Positions 24,985 through 39,006 of a stretch of DNA of 64,000 bases are shown here, piece by piece. Every line of letters starts with the position of its first letter. Position 1 is the first letter of the stretch. The position numbers and the translations under genes were made by a program. The stretch is from Octopus sinensis (lineage: Eukaryota): the NCBI RefSeq assembly GCF_006345805.1, contig NC_042999.1, positions 4,898,001-4,962,000 of the forward strand, read 5' to 3'. A model generated the notes under the pieces. It was not told the origin of the DNA. It worked only from the letters and a program-made list of their open reading frames with translations, and did no database searches.

Positions 24985-26276
24985 AAAGTGTTTAAATAGA
25001 AACCGAATTACATGAGATTTCAATTGGTCAACACCAACATAATATATATACCAATACATAAATTTACAGGTTTTTCACTAAATACTTTGAAAATCTTGAT
25101 TATATTGAAAATTTATAGGAATACATAGACAGGCTACTTGTTAAAATGCAGTTAAAGAAAGTGTGAAGCAAGAACCGTGCTGGACTACATGGCAATACAG
25201 GAATTACCATAATTGATGGTATAAAAGATGCACAGCATATTCAAGGGGAAAATGTTTAGGGCATTAAAGGAACATAGCATACAAGATCTGCCCATCCTTG
25301 TTTTGGGGTCGATAATAAGTACCAGTGAAGAACTTGGAGTCAATTTAATTGATTTATTCTCTATCTCTAAAATTCCTGGCCTTGTGCCAAAATTTAAAAA
25401 TTATTATGACGATGAGAGCAATGCATGCCATCAAAGTGATGGTGGGGTACAAATATACGAAGCCCTATATACTATCTGATAAGGATACACCAGGCACATA
25501 CATAAAAACCATGTGTGTGACATGGTGACCTCATATCAAGATGAGCAGCACATGACCTCACAGGTGGAACCCACTTATAATTTTCTTCAGGTCGAGTTCA
25601 TCCTGCTTAAAACATCCCTGAATAAGGGTTAAGGATGATGGGTGAAACACTTCTCAACACATGGTTATGAGGCTTCCCCACTATTTCTGCTTGTGATAAG
25701 AGATGCACATAGCATCAGCCATTAAGTGACATGCACAACTGGTTACAGTTAAGCAGCTGACAAGCAAATCTGTGGTATTGAGCAGAATATTTGCTGTAGC
25801 CCATCTTTTACATCAAGATAAAACATGTACATGTTAACACTTCCAATCAATTATGATCAGAAGCCACGAGAACCACAGCCTGGTACTGCATCAGGGCATA
25901 CAGTATTATTATTAATTGGCAAACTAGCAAAAAAATCTTTAGCATGTCAGACAAATTGCTTAGTGGCATTTCTTTTGGCTCTTTCCTGGTTCTTAGTTCA
26001 AATACTACCAAGGCTGGCTTTTTGCAGTCACCCTTCTAGGGTTTCATAAGATAAATATCTTTTCTAATCTAGGCAGAAGGACTGAAATTTTTGGAGAGGG
26101 GGCCAGTCGTTTAGATCGACTCCAGTGCGTAACTGGTACTTATCGACCCCAAAAGGATACAAGGCAAAGTCGACCACGGCGGAATTTGAACTCAGAACAT
26201 AAAAGACAGACGAAATACTGCTAAGCATTTCGCCTTTCATAAAATAAATTCCAGCAAAGCACTGATATCAACATAT

Positions 26277-26435
26277 TACCGTATTTTAACGTGTATAAGG
26301 AATCTATTTTTGTCAAAACTTAGTTTTAAAAAATATGGGAGTTTCTTACACACGGATAGTATTATAATCCTTTATTTTTTCCAAATTTTAAGAACCCCAA
26401 AATTAGGGGGTTCCTTATACACGTTAAAATACGGT
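26277..26435. mobile_element. Short MITE, probably Tc1/mariner superfamily (mirror at 34951-35111)
   Basis: TACCGTATTTTAACGTGTATAAGG TIRs. Confidence 0.7.
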
Positions 26436-28529
26436 CTTTTGTTGCCAGTTGAAATCATTATCACTTTTATAATTTTCTTTTTATAACGGGCTAAAAACGC
26501 TTTAGTTTGACCCTTACGGTTACTCTCCGGTAGTTTATTCTGCTTTTTTATGTTCAAATCCAGCCCATGTCTCAAAATTGTTTTTTTCCCTACTTTCTGG
26601 GTCAATAAAATAAAGTGCTATAAACAACTGCTACCCTTCCTGCAAAAGAAAAAAAAAGAAAAAAATCTGGCCTTCTGCCTGTGTTAGAAATAACAACTGT
26701 TATTTCTCATTCCTCGGTGAGGAAGCAGACGGGAAGAAAACACAACTCTAGGCAGAAGAAGAGTTGTTTAAATTCCATGATAGGTGTGAAGGTAACAAGT
26801 GCTTGCTTGCACATTTATTGTTGTTGTTGTTGTTCCACAACTCTGCCTTTCGTCCTTTCCGGGACGATAAAATGAAATAGCGGTCAAGTCCTGGGGTCGG
26901 TGTAACCAGCTGTCCCCATCTGTCCCCTTTTCTGGAAATTGTTGGATTTGTGCCAAGATCAGAACGAATTATTATTATTGTTGTTATAAAAATATATCTA
27001 GACAAAAGTTTTAAGAGCCAAATATAACCAAAAAATTCTCTAAATGTGTTTAGTAAAGAAAGATCACGTTCGCAAAGCACAGGTCGATGACATACGGGTG
27101 CGTTCGGGGTCACTACCTGCTACAAAAGAGTAGCTAAATCTCCCTCAAACGAAACTCTTACCGTAGGACACCGAATAACGTATTTTATTGTGAACTATTC
27201 AAGTATTTTGGTGGACTATACGAGTATAATTGCTGTCTTTACTTGACTTATTGCGGTTCTTTTGCTCCTACCATCACCTTTCATCCTTTTCCGACGAGTT
27301 GTGTTCTAAAGCCCCGGGGGTGGGGGAAAATGCTGAGCGATATTTGTTGCAGTTCTTTAGGTTCTCAGATCAAATCCCAGACTAACATTTTGTCTTCCAT
27401 GGGTCGATTAAATAAGTAACAGTCAAGTACTGGGATCGATCTAATCCACTAACCACCTCCCCATAAAATGTCAGGCCTTGTCTATTCGTAGAAAGAATTA
27501 TTGTTATTATTATTATTATTATGAAGGTGGCGAACCTGCAGAATCCGTTTAGAGCCTCGCAGTGTTACCTCCGGGTCTTTACGTTCCCAGTTCAAACTCC
27601 ACCGACGTCGACATCAATCCCTCTCCCCCAGCATCCCTGAAAACTGAGGCCCTTGTCCTTAATCGGAAATTATTATTTGATATGCAACGACGAGAAGGTC
27701 ATGGATGGAGAGACTTTTCGATTAAAGGCATGCTGTATCAATAAGAACATAACGGAAAATAATACAAACAATAAATAATAATAATAGTAATTGCATGTGT
27801 GTGTGTGTGTTATATGAAGAACAAAGAAAGAAAAAACTTGGTTTTATACCCACCTTTGATTAAAAGTATGACAGGTAGAGACCAGGTGAGCAGCAGGGAC
27901 GGAGATTAGTGAGGATTCGTGGGGAAGACGGAAATAACGGATGAAACCAAATAGGGTGGTAACATATAATACAGAGAGGAGGAAGGAATATATATATGTG
28001 GGTACATCATTGATTCTATTGTCTTGCCTCCATAACTTCAATAACAACACTGACCAGAGAGAGAGAGAGAGGAATGCTGCAATGACCATATATATATATA
28101 TATAGATATATGTATATATAAATGTGCCCACCCACACAGAGGAGAGGGGAAACTATTATCGTACAACAGTTGGGAGAGAGAGGAAAAGTTACGTTGTCAT
28201 GAAAGAACTTAGCAAAGTTCGATCGATCGATTTTGCGGGAATTTAAGCGATTATATCATATATTTATTACTTTGTTAAGTGGTGTAGGTATATTTTGTGT
28301 GTGATTATAAAATAATGTCGTGAAATTCTAAGAGATTTGAGGGAGAATGGTGTCTTTTTTTGTTTGTTTGTGGAGTTTTTGTTGTTGATTTTTTTCTTTA
28401 AGGTCGACGTTTTTGAAAGAAATCGGGAGAAAAGAAAATATGGCGAGAAAAAAAAAGGGAAAGAGTGTTCTAAAGGAGAGGAAAAGTTTGATGAAAGCAT
28501 GGTAAGAATTGTGGTTTGCGCCTGAAGAC

Positions 28530-28787
28530 GGTAACGTGCCCCATTTTAACGTCGAGAAACAAATATGGACGTTGCTTTGAACGGAAACGGACACTGACGT
28601 CATTGACGTTTCCTTACGTCACGACTCGGTGTGACACGTGAGCGTTGCGTTCCGCCAACCCCGTCGCGAGTTCGTCGCCGCCTTCGCCGTCATCGTCGTC
28701 GTTTTAACGAAGTCGTTGGGTGACGTTGGTTTTGAAAAGGAAGAGGAAAAGTAAGAGGAGAGAACAACAGAGAATGGTTGACCTCCT
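28530..28787. promoter_or_regulatory. CpG-rich candidate promoter with CRE/ACGT cluster (left copy)
   Basis: Local CpG enrichment in otherwise AT-rich DNA; TGACGTCA (28595), TGACGT (28604), TTACGTCA (28614), CACGTG (28635); ~7.3 kb 5' of the SAND exon. TSS not determined. Confidence 0.6.
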
Positions 28788-31700
28788 GTACCTAGATCTC
28801 ACCTATACAAACTACCTGTTGAAAACTTCTGCTTAGAATGGAATTAAAGAGTATTGCGAGCTGGCAGAATCGTTAGCATGCCGGGCGAAATGCGTAGCCG
28901 TATTTCGTCTGCCGTTACGTTCTGAGTTCAAATTCCGCCGGGTTCGACTTTGCCTTTCATCCTTTCGGGGTCGATAAATTAAGTACCAGTTATGCACTGA
29001 GGTCGATATAATCGACTTAATCCATTTGTCTGTCCTTGTTTGTCCTCTCTGTCTTTAGCCCCTTGTGGGTAGTAAAGAAATAGGTATTGAATTTTAAAAA
29101 TCAAAAAAAGAATAACCAGGGGAGATAACCCGGACAAGTAATTTATAAAGATTAGTCTCCCCTGGAAGAAGTCTTTTTTTTTTTTAAGTACAAATTAGAA
29201 ATTGTAGGGCTCAAAGTCGAACACTGAAATTATCCAAGTGATGGGAATTCATTCACTCTAGAGGAACTTTAAAATATAAAAAAACAAAAGAGTTAAGTCT
29301 AGATTAGCTTAAATTTGGTTCGGCAGATAGGGATGCTCCCAAAGTGTCCATTGAACGAATTGCTTGTACTATAATGTGCTTAAATGTATAGTTACAACCA
29401 TATGCCCACGTCATTACTGGTTTTACATCGGAACCACGATTCATTTTAAGCAACGCTAACGTGCACACCTGTTAATCTGAAAATTTACCTCGTTTTCTAC
29501 ATCCCTCGCAATCCACATACCCTATAAGGACATACTCTATAATCTGTCCTGTTCCATAGTTTGCAGCGGAATTCCTCGACAGCAGATTGGTGCGTTTGTC
29601 CAGTATGTTGCCACGTACCGCTCACTATATTTCGCCACAACAAGACCTCGAAGCTAAATCGATTCTCTGACATAATTTTTGAATGTTATCACAAATGCTA
29701 CAAAACTTTCTCCAACTACATGAAATCGTCATAATTTTTACTGTACAAACTAGCTTGTCCCTTTACTAACTGGTACTTATTTAATCGACCCCGAAAGAAT
29801 GAAAGGCAAAGTCGACCTCGGCGGAATTTGAACTCAGAACGTAGCGGCAGTCGAAATGTTGTTAAGCATCTCGCCCGGCGTGCTAACGTTTCTGCCAGTT
29901 CGCCGTCTTTCTTCCTTTATAACCTGCTTTCTCCTTAATGACGTTTGCTACTGTTGCCTCTCCTTTTTTCTGTATTGTTTAACAAACTACCTAACAACTC
30001 TAAGGCGAGCACAATAGTCTTTACCTCTCCTCTCTCTGAGTTTCATTCTGCTAATTCCTCTTTAATTTCCCCGCCTCGTTAACCGTTTCTTATCTTCCCT
30101 CGAACATTTTCCTTAGTACCTCTATTATGTTTTCTATAAACCTTTACTTATGAAAATACGACCTTGGAATCTTCCTTCCAATGAAGGTGATCTGCTTAAT
30201 AAATTAATTCGGACCTATGTTATTACACACCCCTAAGACATCATGCACCCTTGTTACATAAGAATGTGTCTACGGCATAAGCCGTGGTGCACATGAAACA
30301 GCTGTCGAGACAAAACGATTACATAACTTCTTCCGTTTACTTCATTCCGTACTCTGTATTTAATATTCCATGTAAATATACATTAAGCCTACTTTATCTG
30401 CCTTTACTGAAAGGAAATGGAAGCAGCGTTAATTCATATCTGAATTTATTTTTTCGTATGCATTGTCCGGGCACATCCACACATAGTTTGCACGTGAACT
30501 GATGAAATGATCCATCTCAGATCCTGTTCGGTTACGTGATGTTGATAAGCCACGAAAATGGCGAAGCATCAATGTCCATCACTCCTGGATGGTATTAGAG
30601 GGGAGTTATCTTGCCTGTCCATAACGTTCAGGTGTTTTAACACCCGGCACTTTGAGAGAGTCTTCTCCACCATGTCAAATCGCAGCCAACCGGTATATAC
30701 GTTAAGTATGTGTGGTTGATAATGTTATTACACTAGCGCTGCTTCTATCTTATATTTGAAACACATGGTTCCGAGTTCAGTCCCACTGCATGATCGTAGC
30801 CTAATGAGTGAACAAGTATAAGATAAAAGAACACACATTTATTCATAGAACCCACTTACTTTCCATTCCCTCTGCCAGCGCATCACCTGACATACCCGGT
30901 TCTCCTAGAAGCCAAAGTATAGGTGTCTACATTGGACCGATTGCGCCCAGAAGAGGCTATCTTTTTACTTGTTTCAGTCATTGGCATGTGGCCATGATAG
31001 AGCACTGCCTTAAAGGGTTTAGTCGATTTAATTAATCTCAGTACTTATTTCTTTTTTCAGGTTTATGTTCATACAAAGGGCTTCTTTCAGTTTCCATCAA
31101 CCCCACCCATTCACAAAGTTTTGGTTGGCCTGAGCCATATCAGAAGATTCTTGTTCAACTAGACGCTTACACTTCGAAATGAAATAATTTAAATAAATTA
31201 AATAAATGTAAAATATGATAAGAGTCGAGCGGTTGTCTGCCCTTGGTAAGTCCTGTGCATGTAAACTTTCTCCAGCACTCTCTATATGACCTGGGAGGGC
31301 CCTTACCCCACTTCCACCGTCAAGTAGATTACTTCCATGACTAGATTTGGGACTAATACTGGAACAGTTTCCTGTTTCCTTCTCCAGTCAGGTGGGATTA
31401 GAACCCAGAATGTAGGCAGCTGGAAGATAACTCATAAAGCATCTCTGCCGACACGCCAACGATTCTACCACTCTCTCACCTGCAGCCTGACATGCTATGA
31501 ACTGTTTTGTTCAAGAACACAACGCGCTGCTCGGTCCGGGAACCGAATCCACTACCTGACGATTGTGATTGCAACACCCTAACTTACGATGCCATTTGTG
31601 CAATCTTTCACTGAAATATGTAAACATCAGCGAGTTTTCAAAAAAGATAAATAACAATAATAAATTGTGTAGTAAGAAACCTACTTCCCGACGACGAGCA

Positions 31701-32577
31701 AGTGTTTTTTACTATAGCCTCGGGCCGACTAAAGCCTTGTGAGTGGAGTTGATAAATGGAAAGTGAAAGAAGTCCGCTGTGTATATCTTACATGTTTGTT
31801 GAGGCGGCGAACTGGCAGAAACGTTAGCACGCCGGGCGAAATGCTTAGCGGTATTTCGTCTGCGTTACGTTGTGAGTTCAAATTCCGCCGAGGTCGACTT
31901 TGCCTTTCATCCTTTCGGCGTCGATAAATTAAGTACCAGTTACACACTGGGATCGATGTAATCGACTTAATCCGCCTATCTGTCCTTGTTTGTCTCCTCT
32001 GTGTTTAGCCCCTTGTGGGTAGTAAAGAAATAGGTATTTCGCCCGTTGCTACGTTCTGGGTTCAAATTTCGCCGAGGTCGACTTTCCCTTTCATCCTTTC
32101 GGGATCGATAAATTAAGTACCAGTTGGGTCCATGTAATCGACTCGCCTCTTCCCCACCCCCAAAAAACTTCAGGCCTTGTGCCTGTAGTAGAAAGGACGA
32201 TTATATGTTTTGCGTGCGTGTGTGTGCGTGCATGTCTTTGTGTCTGCCTGTCTCCCACCGCTCTACAACCGGTGTTGGTTTTTTTGACATCCCCGTAACT
32301 TAGAGGTTCGCAAGAGACCGCTAGAATAAATATTAGGCTTTTAAAAAAATAATTACTGAGATTCATTTATTCGACTAAAAATGAAATGGATTCCGTTGTA
32401 AATCAGAATTGCGTGTGGGATGTTTACTTCTTTCGACGATAACTTTATTTTTATTATCTTTTATCAAACTCGCCGCAAATCAATCAATATTCCTTCAAAA
32501 CCTCAACTTTCCGAAAGAGTTCAATACAGTTTCCACAACGAGGCTAGTCTAGCAAGCACATGACATAGCCGTGTGGT
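28788..32577. other. Spacer between the inverted arms (~3.8 kb)
   Basis: Not mirrored within itself; contains SINE copies and unique sequence; no convincing ORF. Confidence 0.85.
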
Positions 32578-32835
32578 AGGAGGTCAACCATTCTCTGTTG
32601 TTCTCTCCTCTTACTTTTCCTCTTCCTTTTCAAAACCAACGTCACCCAACGACTTCGTTAAAACGACGACGATGACGGCGAAGGCGGCGACGAACTCGCG
32701 ACGGGGTTGGCGGAACGCAACGCTCACGTGTCACACCGAGTCGTGACGTAAGGGAAACGTCAATGACGTCAGTGTCCGTTTCCGTTCAAAGCAACGTCCA
32801 TATTTGTTTCTCGACGTTAAAATGGGGCACGTTAC
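32578..32835. promoter_or_regulatory. CpG-rich candidate promoter with CRE/ACGT cluster (right copy)
   Basis: Mirror of 28530-28787; TGACGTCA at 32764; ~6 kb 5' of the SAND exon. Confidence 0.6.
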
Positions 32836-35800
32836 CGTCTTCAGGCGCAAACCACAATTCTTACCATGCTTTCATCAAACTTTTCCTCTCCTTTAGAACA
32901 CTCTTTCCCTTTTTTTTCTCTCGCCATATTTTCTTTTCTCCCGATTTCTTTCAAAAACGTCGACCTTAAAGAAAAAAAATCAACAACAAAAACTCCACAA
33001 ACAAACAAAAAAAGACACCATTCTCCCTCAAATCTCTTAGAATTTCACGACATTATTTTATAATCACACACAAAATATACCAACACCACTTAACAAAGTA
33101 ATAAATATATGATATAATCGCTTAAATTCCCGCAAAATCGATCGATCGAACTTTGCTAAGTTCTTTCATGACAACGTAACTTTTCCTCTCTCTCCCAACT
33201 GTTGTACGATAATAGTTTCCCCTCTCCTCTGTGTGGGTGGGCACATTTATATATACATATATCTATATCTATATATATATATATGGTCATTGCAGCATTC
33301 CTCTCTCTCTCTCTCTCTGGTCAGTGTTATTGAAGTTATGGAGGCAAGACAATAGAATCAATGATGTACCCACATATATATATTCCTTCCTCCTCTCTAT
33401 ATTATATGTTACCACCCTATTTGGTTTCATCCGTTATTTCCGTCTTCCCCACGAATCCTCACTAATCTCCGTCCCTGCTGCTCACCTGGTTCCTACCTGT
33501 CATACTTTTAATCAAAGGTGGGTATAAAACCAAGTTTTTTCTTTCTTTGTTCTTCATACAACACACACACACACACGCAATTACTATTATTATTATTATT
33601 TATTGTTTGTATTATTTTCCGTTATGTTCTTCTTATTGATACAGCATGCCTTTAATCAAAAAGTCTCTCCATCCATGACCTTCTCGTCGTCGCATATCAA
33701 ATAATAATAATTTCCGATTTAGGGACAAGGGCCTCAGTTTTCAGGGATGCTGGTGGGGGGGATTGATGTCGACGTCGGTGGAGTTCGAACTGGGAACGTA
33801 AAGACCCGGAGGTAACACTGCGAGGCTCTAAACGGATTCTGCAGGTTCGCCACCTTAGTAATAATAATAATAATAACAATAATTCTTTCTACGAATAGAC
33901 AAGGCCTGAAATTTTATGGGGAGGTGGTTCGTGGATTAGATCGATCCCAGGACTTGACTGTTACTTATTTAATCGACCCATGGAAGACAAAATGTTAGTC
34001 TGGGATTTGATCTGGGAACGTAAAGAACTGCAACAAATATCGCTCAGCATTTTCCCCACCCCCCGGGGCTTTAGAACACAACTCGTCGGAAAAGGATGAA
34101 AGGTGATGGTAGGAGCAAAAGAACCGCAATAAGTCAAGTAAAGACAGCAATTATACTCGTATAGTCCACAAAAATACTTGAATAGTTCACAATAAAATAC
34201 GTTATTCGGTGTCCTACGGTAAGTGTTTCGTTTGAGGGAGATTTAGCTACTCTTTTGTAGCAGGTAGTCACCCCGAACGCACCCGTATGTCATCGACCTG
34301 TGCTTTGCGAACGTGATCTTTCTTTACTAAACACATTTAGAGAATTTTTTGGTTATATTTGGCTCTTAAAACTTTTGTCTAGATATATTTTTATAACAAC
34401 AATAATAATTCGTTCTGATCTTGGCACAAATCCAACAATTTCCAGAAAAGGGGACAGATGGGGACAGCTGGTTACACCGACCCCAGGACTTGACCGCTAT
34501 TTCATTTTATCGTCCCGGAAAGGACGAAAGGCAGAGTTGTGGAACAACAACAACAACAATAAATGTGCAAGCAAGCACTTGTTACCTTCACACCTATCAT
34601 GGAATTTAGAGAACTCTTCTTCTGCCTAGAGTTGTGTTTTCTTCCTGTCTGCTTCCTCACCGAGGAATGAGAAATAACAGTTGTTATTTCTAACACAGGC
34701 AGAAGGCCAGATTTTTTTCTTTTTTTTTTCTTTTGCAGCAAAGGTAGCAGTTGTTTATAGCACTTTATTTTATTGACCCAGAAAGTAGGGAAAAAAACAA
34801 TTTTGAGACATGGGCTGGATTTGAACATAAAAAAGCAGAATAAACTACCGGAGAGTAACCGTAAGGGTCAAACTAAAGCTTTTGACCCGGTCATAAAAAC
34901 AAAAAAAAGAAAATTATAAAAGTGATAATAATTTCAACTGGCAACAAAAGACCGTATTTTAACGTGTATAAGGAACCCCCTAATTTTGTGGTTCTTAAAA
35001 TTTGGAGAAAAAAAAAGGATTATAATACTATCCATGTGTAAGAAACTCTCATATTTTTTTAAACCTAAGTTTTGACAAAAATATGTTCCTTATACACGTT
35101 AAAATACGGTAATATGTTGATATCAGTGCTTTGCTGGAATTTATTTTATGAAAGGCGAAATGCTTAGCAGTATTTCGTCTGTCTTTTATGTTCTGAGTTC
35201 AAATTCCGCCGTGGTCGACTTTGCCTTGTATCCTTTTGGGGTCGATAAGTACCAGTTACGCACTGGAGTCGATCTAAACGACTGGCCCCCTCTCCAAAAA
35301 TTTCAGTCCTTCTGCCTAGATTAGAAAAGATATTTATCTTATGAAACCCTAGAAGGGTGACTGCAAAAAGCCAGCCTTGGTAGTATTTGAACTAAGAACC
35401 AGGGAAAGAGCCAAAAGAAATGCCACTAAGCAATTTGCCTGACATGCTAAAGATTTTTTTGCTAGGTTGCCAATTAAAATAGTACTGTATGCTCTGATGC
35501 AGTACCAGGCTGTGGTTCTCGTGGCTTCTGATCATAATTGATTGGAAGTGTTAACATGTACATGTTTTATCTTGATGTAAAAGATGGGCTACAGCAAATA
35601 TTCTGCTCAATACCACAGATTTGCTTGTCAGCTGCTTAACTGTAACCAGTTGTGCATGTCACTTAATGGCTGATGCTATGTGCATCTCTTATCACAAGCA
35701 GAAATAGTGGGGAAGCCTCATAACCATGTGTTGAGAAGTGTTTCACCCATCATCCTTAACCCTTATTCAGGGATGTTTTAAGCAGGATGAACTCGACCTG

Positions 35801-38794
35801 AAGAAAATTATAACTGGGTTCCACCTGTGAGGTCATGTGCTGCTCATCTTGATATGAGGTCACCATGTCACACACATGGTTTTTATGTATGTGCCTGGTG
35901 TATCCTTATCAGATAGTATATAGGGCTTCGTATATTTGTACCTCACCATCACTTTGATGGCATGCATTGCTCTCATCGTCATAATAATTTTTAAATTTTG
36001 GCACAAGGCCAGGAATTTTAGAGATAGAGAATAAATCAATTAAATTGACTCCAAGTTCTTCACTGGTACTTATTATCGACCCCAAAACAAGGATGGGCAG
36101 ATCTTGTATGCTATGTTCCTTTAATGCCCTAAACATTTTTCCCTTGGATATGCTGTGCATCTTTTATACCATCAATTACGGTAATTCCTGTATTGCCATG
36201 TAGTCCAGCACGGTTCTTGCTTCACACTTTCTTTAACTGCATTTTAACAAGTAGCCTGTCTATGTAGTCCTATAAATTTTCAATATAATCAAGATTTTCA
36301 AAGTATTTAGTGAAAAACCTGTAAATTTATGTATTGGTATATAATGTTGGTGTTGACCAATTGAAATTTCATGTAATTAGGTTTCTATTTAAACACTTTT
36401 GATACCAAACCATCTGACATTGCCCCTGGCTTTATGGTACAGACTTCCCATTTTAAAATCATCTTCATTAAAACTTTCCATCAAAATTTCTTGTTAATTT
36501 ATGTTGGAAACATTAATTTAAAAATGACAAAGTTAATTCATTAAATTCTTCGTTATTTAAAAAAATTAATGTGTAAAGTGAAATAATGTATTTCAACAGA
36601 AATGTGGTAACTCAAGGGTCAAATACCTCAGTATTGTCTTAGAAACAAGATTGCTGATTAAATGCATAAAAGGATAAATTGTCTTCATTTAGAGCATGAA
36701 CTAATGTCTTAGGATAACCTCTATGAAGACAGTTAAGCCATTATCATCATTGTCTTTTCTTGTCTTGAGACAGCATTCACCCGGGGTGGGTTCAGCTGGC
36801 TTCATTTATCCTCAATGCTGCATCTCTCACAAACGCTGACCAGACTTGGCGATTTGAGGCTAACGACCGCGTGATCTCCAACCACTCCTTATTCCAGCGG
36901 AGAATGCCGTAGGTTGGGTTCCAGATCAGCCTTGACTGTCATCAGCCAGGTTTTACGTTGTCCACCACATCACTTTCGCTAACCCTGAAGGGGAGCTCTG
37001 GGGCAATTGCTTTGTAGATGAATTCTCCTGGTTGACGATGACAGACATGACCCAGCCAACGTCTTATTAGAATGACTTGTCGGAGGGAGGTGATTTTGCA
37101 CTGGTGTCGCACCGAATTGTTGGAGACAAAGTGATGCCATCGGACATGAAAGATGCGGCGTAGACAGAGGTGATCGAAGGATTCTAGTTACTTAATATCT
37201 TCCACCCTCATCGGCCATGACTCACTGCCGTAAAGGAGAATTGTTCGCACTAGGGAACTCATTAGCTTCATTGGTTGAAGTTAATGAGTTGTTTCAGACA
37301 GCAAGCTGGCAGAATTATTAGCTCACTGGTCAAAATGCTTAGCACCATTTCATTCGTCTTTATATTCTAAGTTGAAGTTGGTTGAAAAAAGAAATAGCAG
37401 TTATGCACTGGGGAGGTTGATGTGATCGACCTGACCCTCCCTTGTGTCAAAATTTGAAACTGAATTTAATGGGTTGTTTGTTGTGGAAGGGTATCCAGCT
37501 GTAGAAATCATGCCGAAGCATACACTGGAACACAGCACAGTCCTCTGGCTAGTTGGGTGGTCCTGTCAAGCCATCCAATCCATGCCAATATCCAGGGTAT
37601 CCACCCTCCCCCAATGTACTCTTTAAATGACAATAAATGCATTGTTGATTGTCTTAGAAACAAGATTGATGGTTAAATGCATAAAAGGATAAATCAACTT
37701 CATTTAGAGCATGGTTTAATGTTCACATGTAACATTTCCAACGGACTCCCTTCAAAATGCGACGGGTGCTTGATTTAGGGATTCCGCTCTCATGAGTCAT
37801 TTGTCATACAAAAACTTGTGGGGAACAGTGAAGGGTTTCCAGCAATTCTTTTTCCTTTAGGACAATTCCTTTTCTCTTACTTTCTTGGATGTTCCTTATG
37901 GATGTCATGCACAGTTCCATCTGATTCAAACTTATCTTGGATGCGAGCAGTGTTGCATTGCACTGGTGGATCTTTCTGAAAATCACTTCAAATTGTCTTA
38001 GCACTTCCACGATGTTTCAATGCTTCCAAGTCGCACTTTTTCATGAATTTTCTCTTTCAAATCTTTGTCATACTTCTGCCATTATTAGGATCAATTTGAT
38101 CCAAAAAGAAATGAAAAATCCAGTGAGTTATGGAGAGTCAAAATGCAAGTACATTTTTTTGGCACACCCTGTAGAAGACAGACATTAAATGATGATGATG
38201 ATGATCCATTTGATTGAAATCGCATTCAATATTTCATTGCAGCCTAAAATGGCGAGCTGACAGAATTGTTAGCACAGCAGGCAAAATGCATAATGGTATT
38301 TTGTATATTAAAGCAGCGAGCTGGCAGAAACGTTAACGCACCTGGCTAAATACTTAGCAGTATTTCGTCTGTCTTTACATTCTGAGTTCAAATTCCACCG
38401 AAGTTGACTTTGCCTTTCATCCTTTCGGGGTCAATAAATTAAGTACCAGTTACGCACTGGGGTCGATGTAATCAACTTAATCCGTCTGTCTGTCCTTGTT
38501 TGTCCTCTCTGTGTTTAGCCCCTTGTGGGTAGTAAAGAAATAGGTATTTTGTTTGTCTTTATGTGCTGAGTTTAAATTTTGCTGAGGTTTTGCCTTTTAA
38601 ACTTTTGTGATTGACTTTGCCTTTCTTCCTTTCAATAAAATGAGTACAGGGGTTGTCATTGACTTGCCCAGTCCCACCAAATTGCTGGCCCTGTACCAAA
38701 ATTTGACAGCAATGCTTCATTGCAGCCTATTGAAAATGTATTTATCTAACAGCTTCTACTTGTTATCTTAGTAAAATTCAATTCTCTCTTACAG

Positions 38795-39006
38795 ATGACC
38801 GAAGATAGTGCAGGGGTGATAACAGTCACCTGTGGAAATTTGGTTGGCAAACTACATATGGAGAAATTTATTTGTCCTGGCATTCACCGAGAATGTATTG
38901 AGTTTGAAGGCCGTTTTATCTCTCCGAAACTGTTTTCTGTCATGGGCGAGAAAGAAAAGCTTAAAGACTGGAAGAATGCTGTTCGAATGAATGGCATCCA
39001 ACTCAG
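38795..39006 (+). CDS. GMEB: SAND-domain exon, right GMEB-like copy
   Basis: ttacag|ATG...CTCAG|gtat; KDWK motif; 4 nt differences from the left copy (one Y/F change). Confidence 0.9.

Larger units (their letters stand above)
2015..28787. repeat. Left arm of large inverted segmental duplication
   Basis: Dozens of ORF-track pairs mirror each other (e.g. 4158+/59048-, 14256-/44724+, 18085-/40913+, 28328-/32763+). The coordinate sums shift only at identifiable indels. Confidence 0.95.

Noticed and set aside
28788-29924. Segment B as a transposon that happens to sit at the arm end
   Set aside because: No TIRs, tail, TSD or Helitron ends were seen, and arm homology does not resume after it. Not fully excluded without a genome search.
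38795-39006. DEAF1 or Sp100/AIRE identity for the SAND gene
   Set aside because: No MYND, PHD or bromodomain exons were found. The KFxCPGI, GQLDF-H-C-C and FWKGI motifs are GMEB-type.
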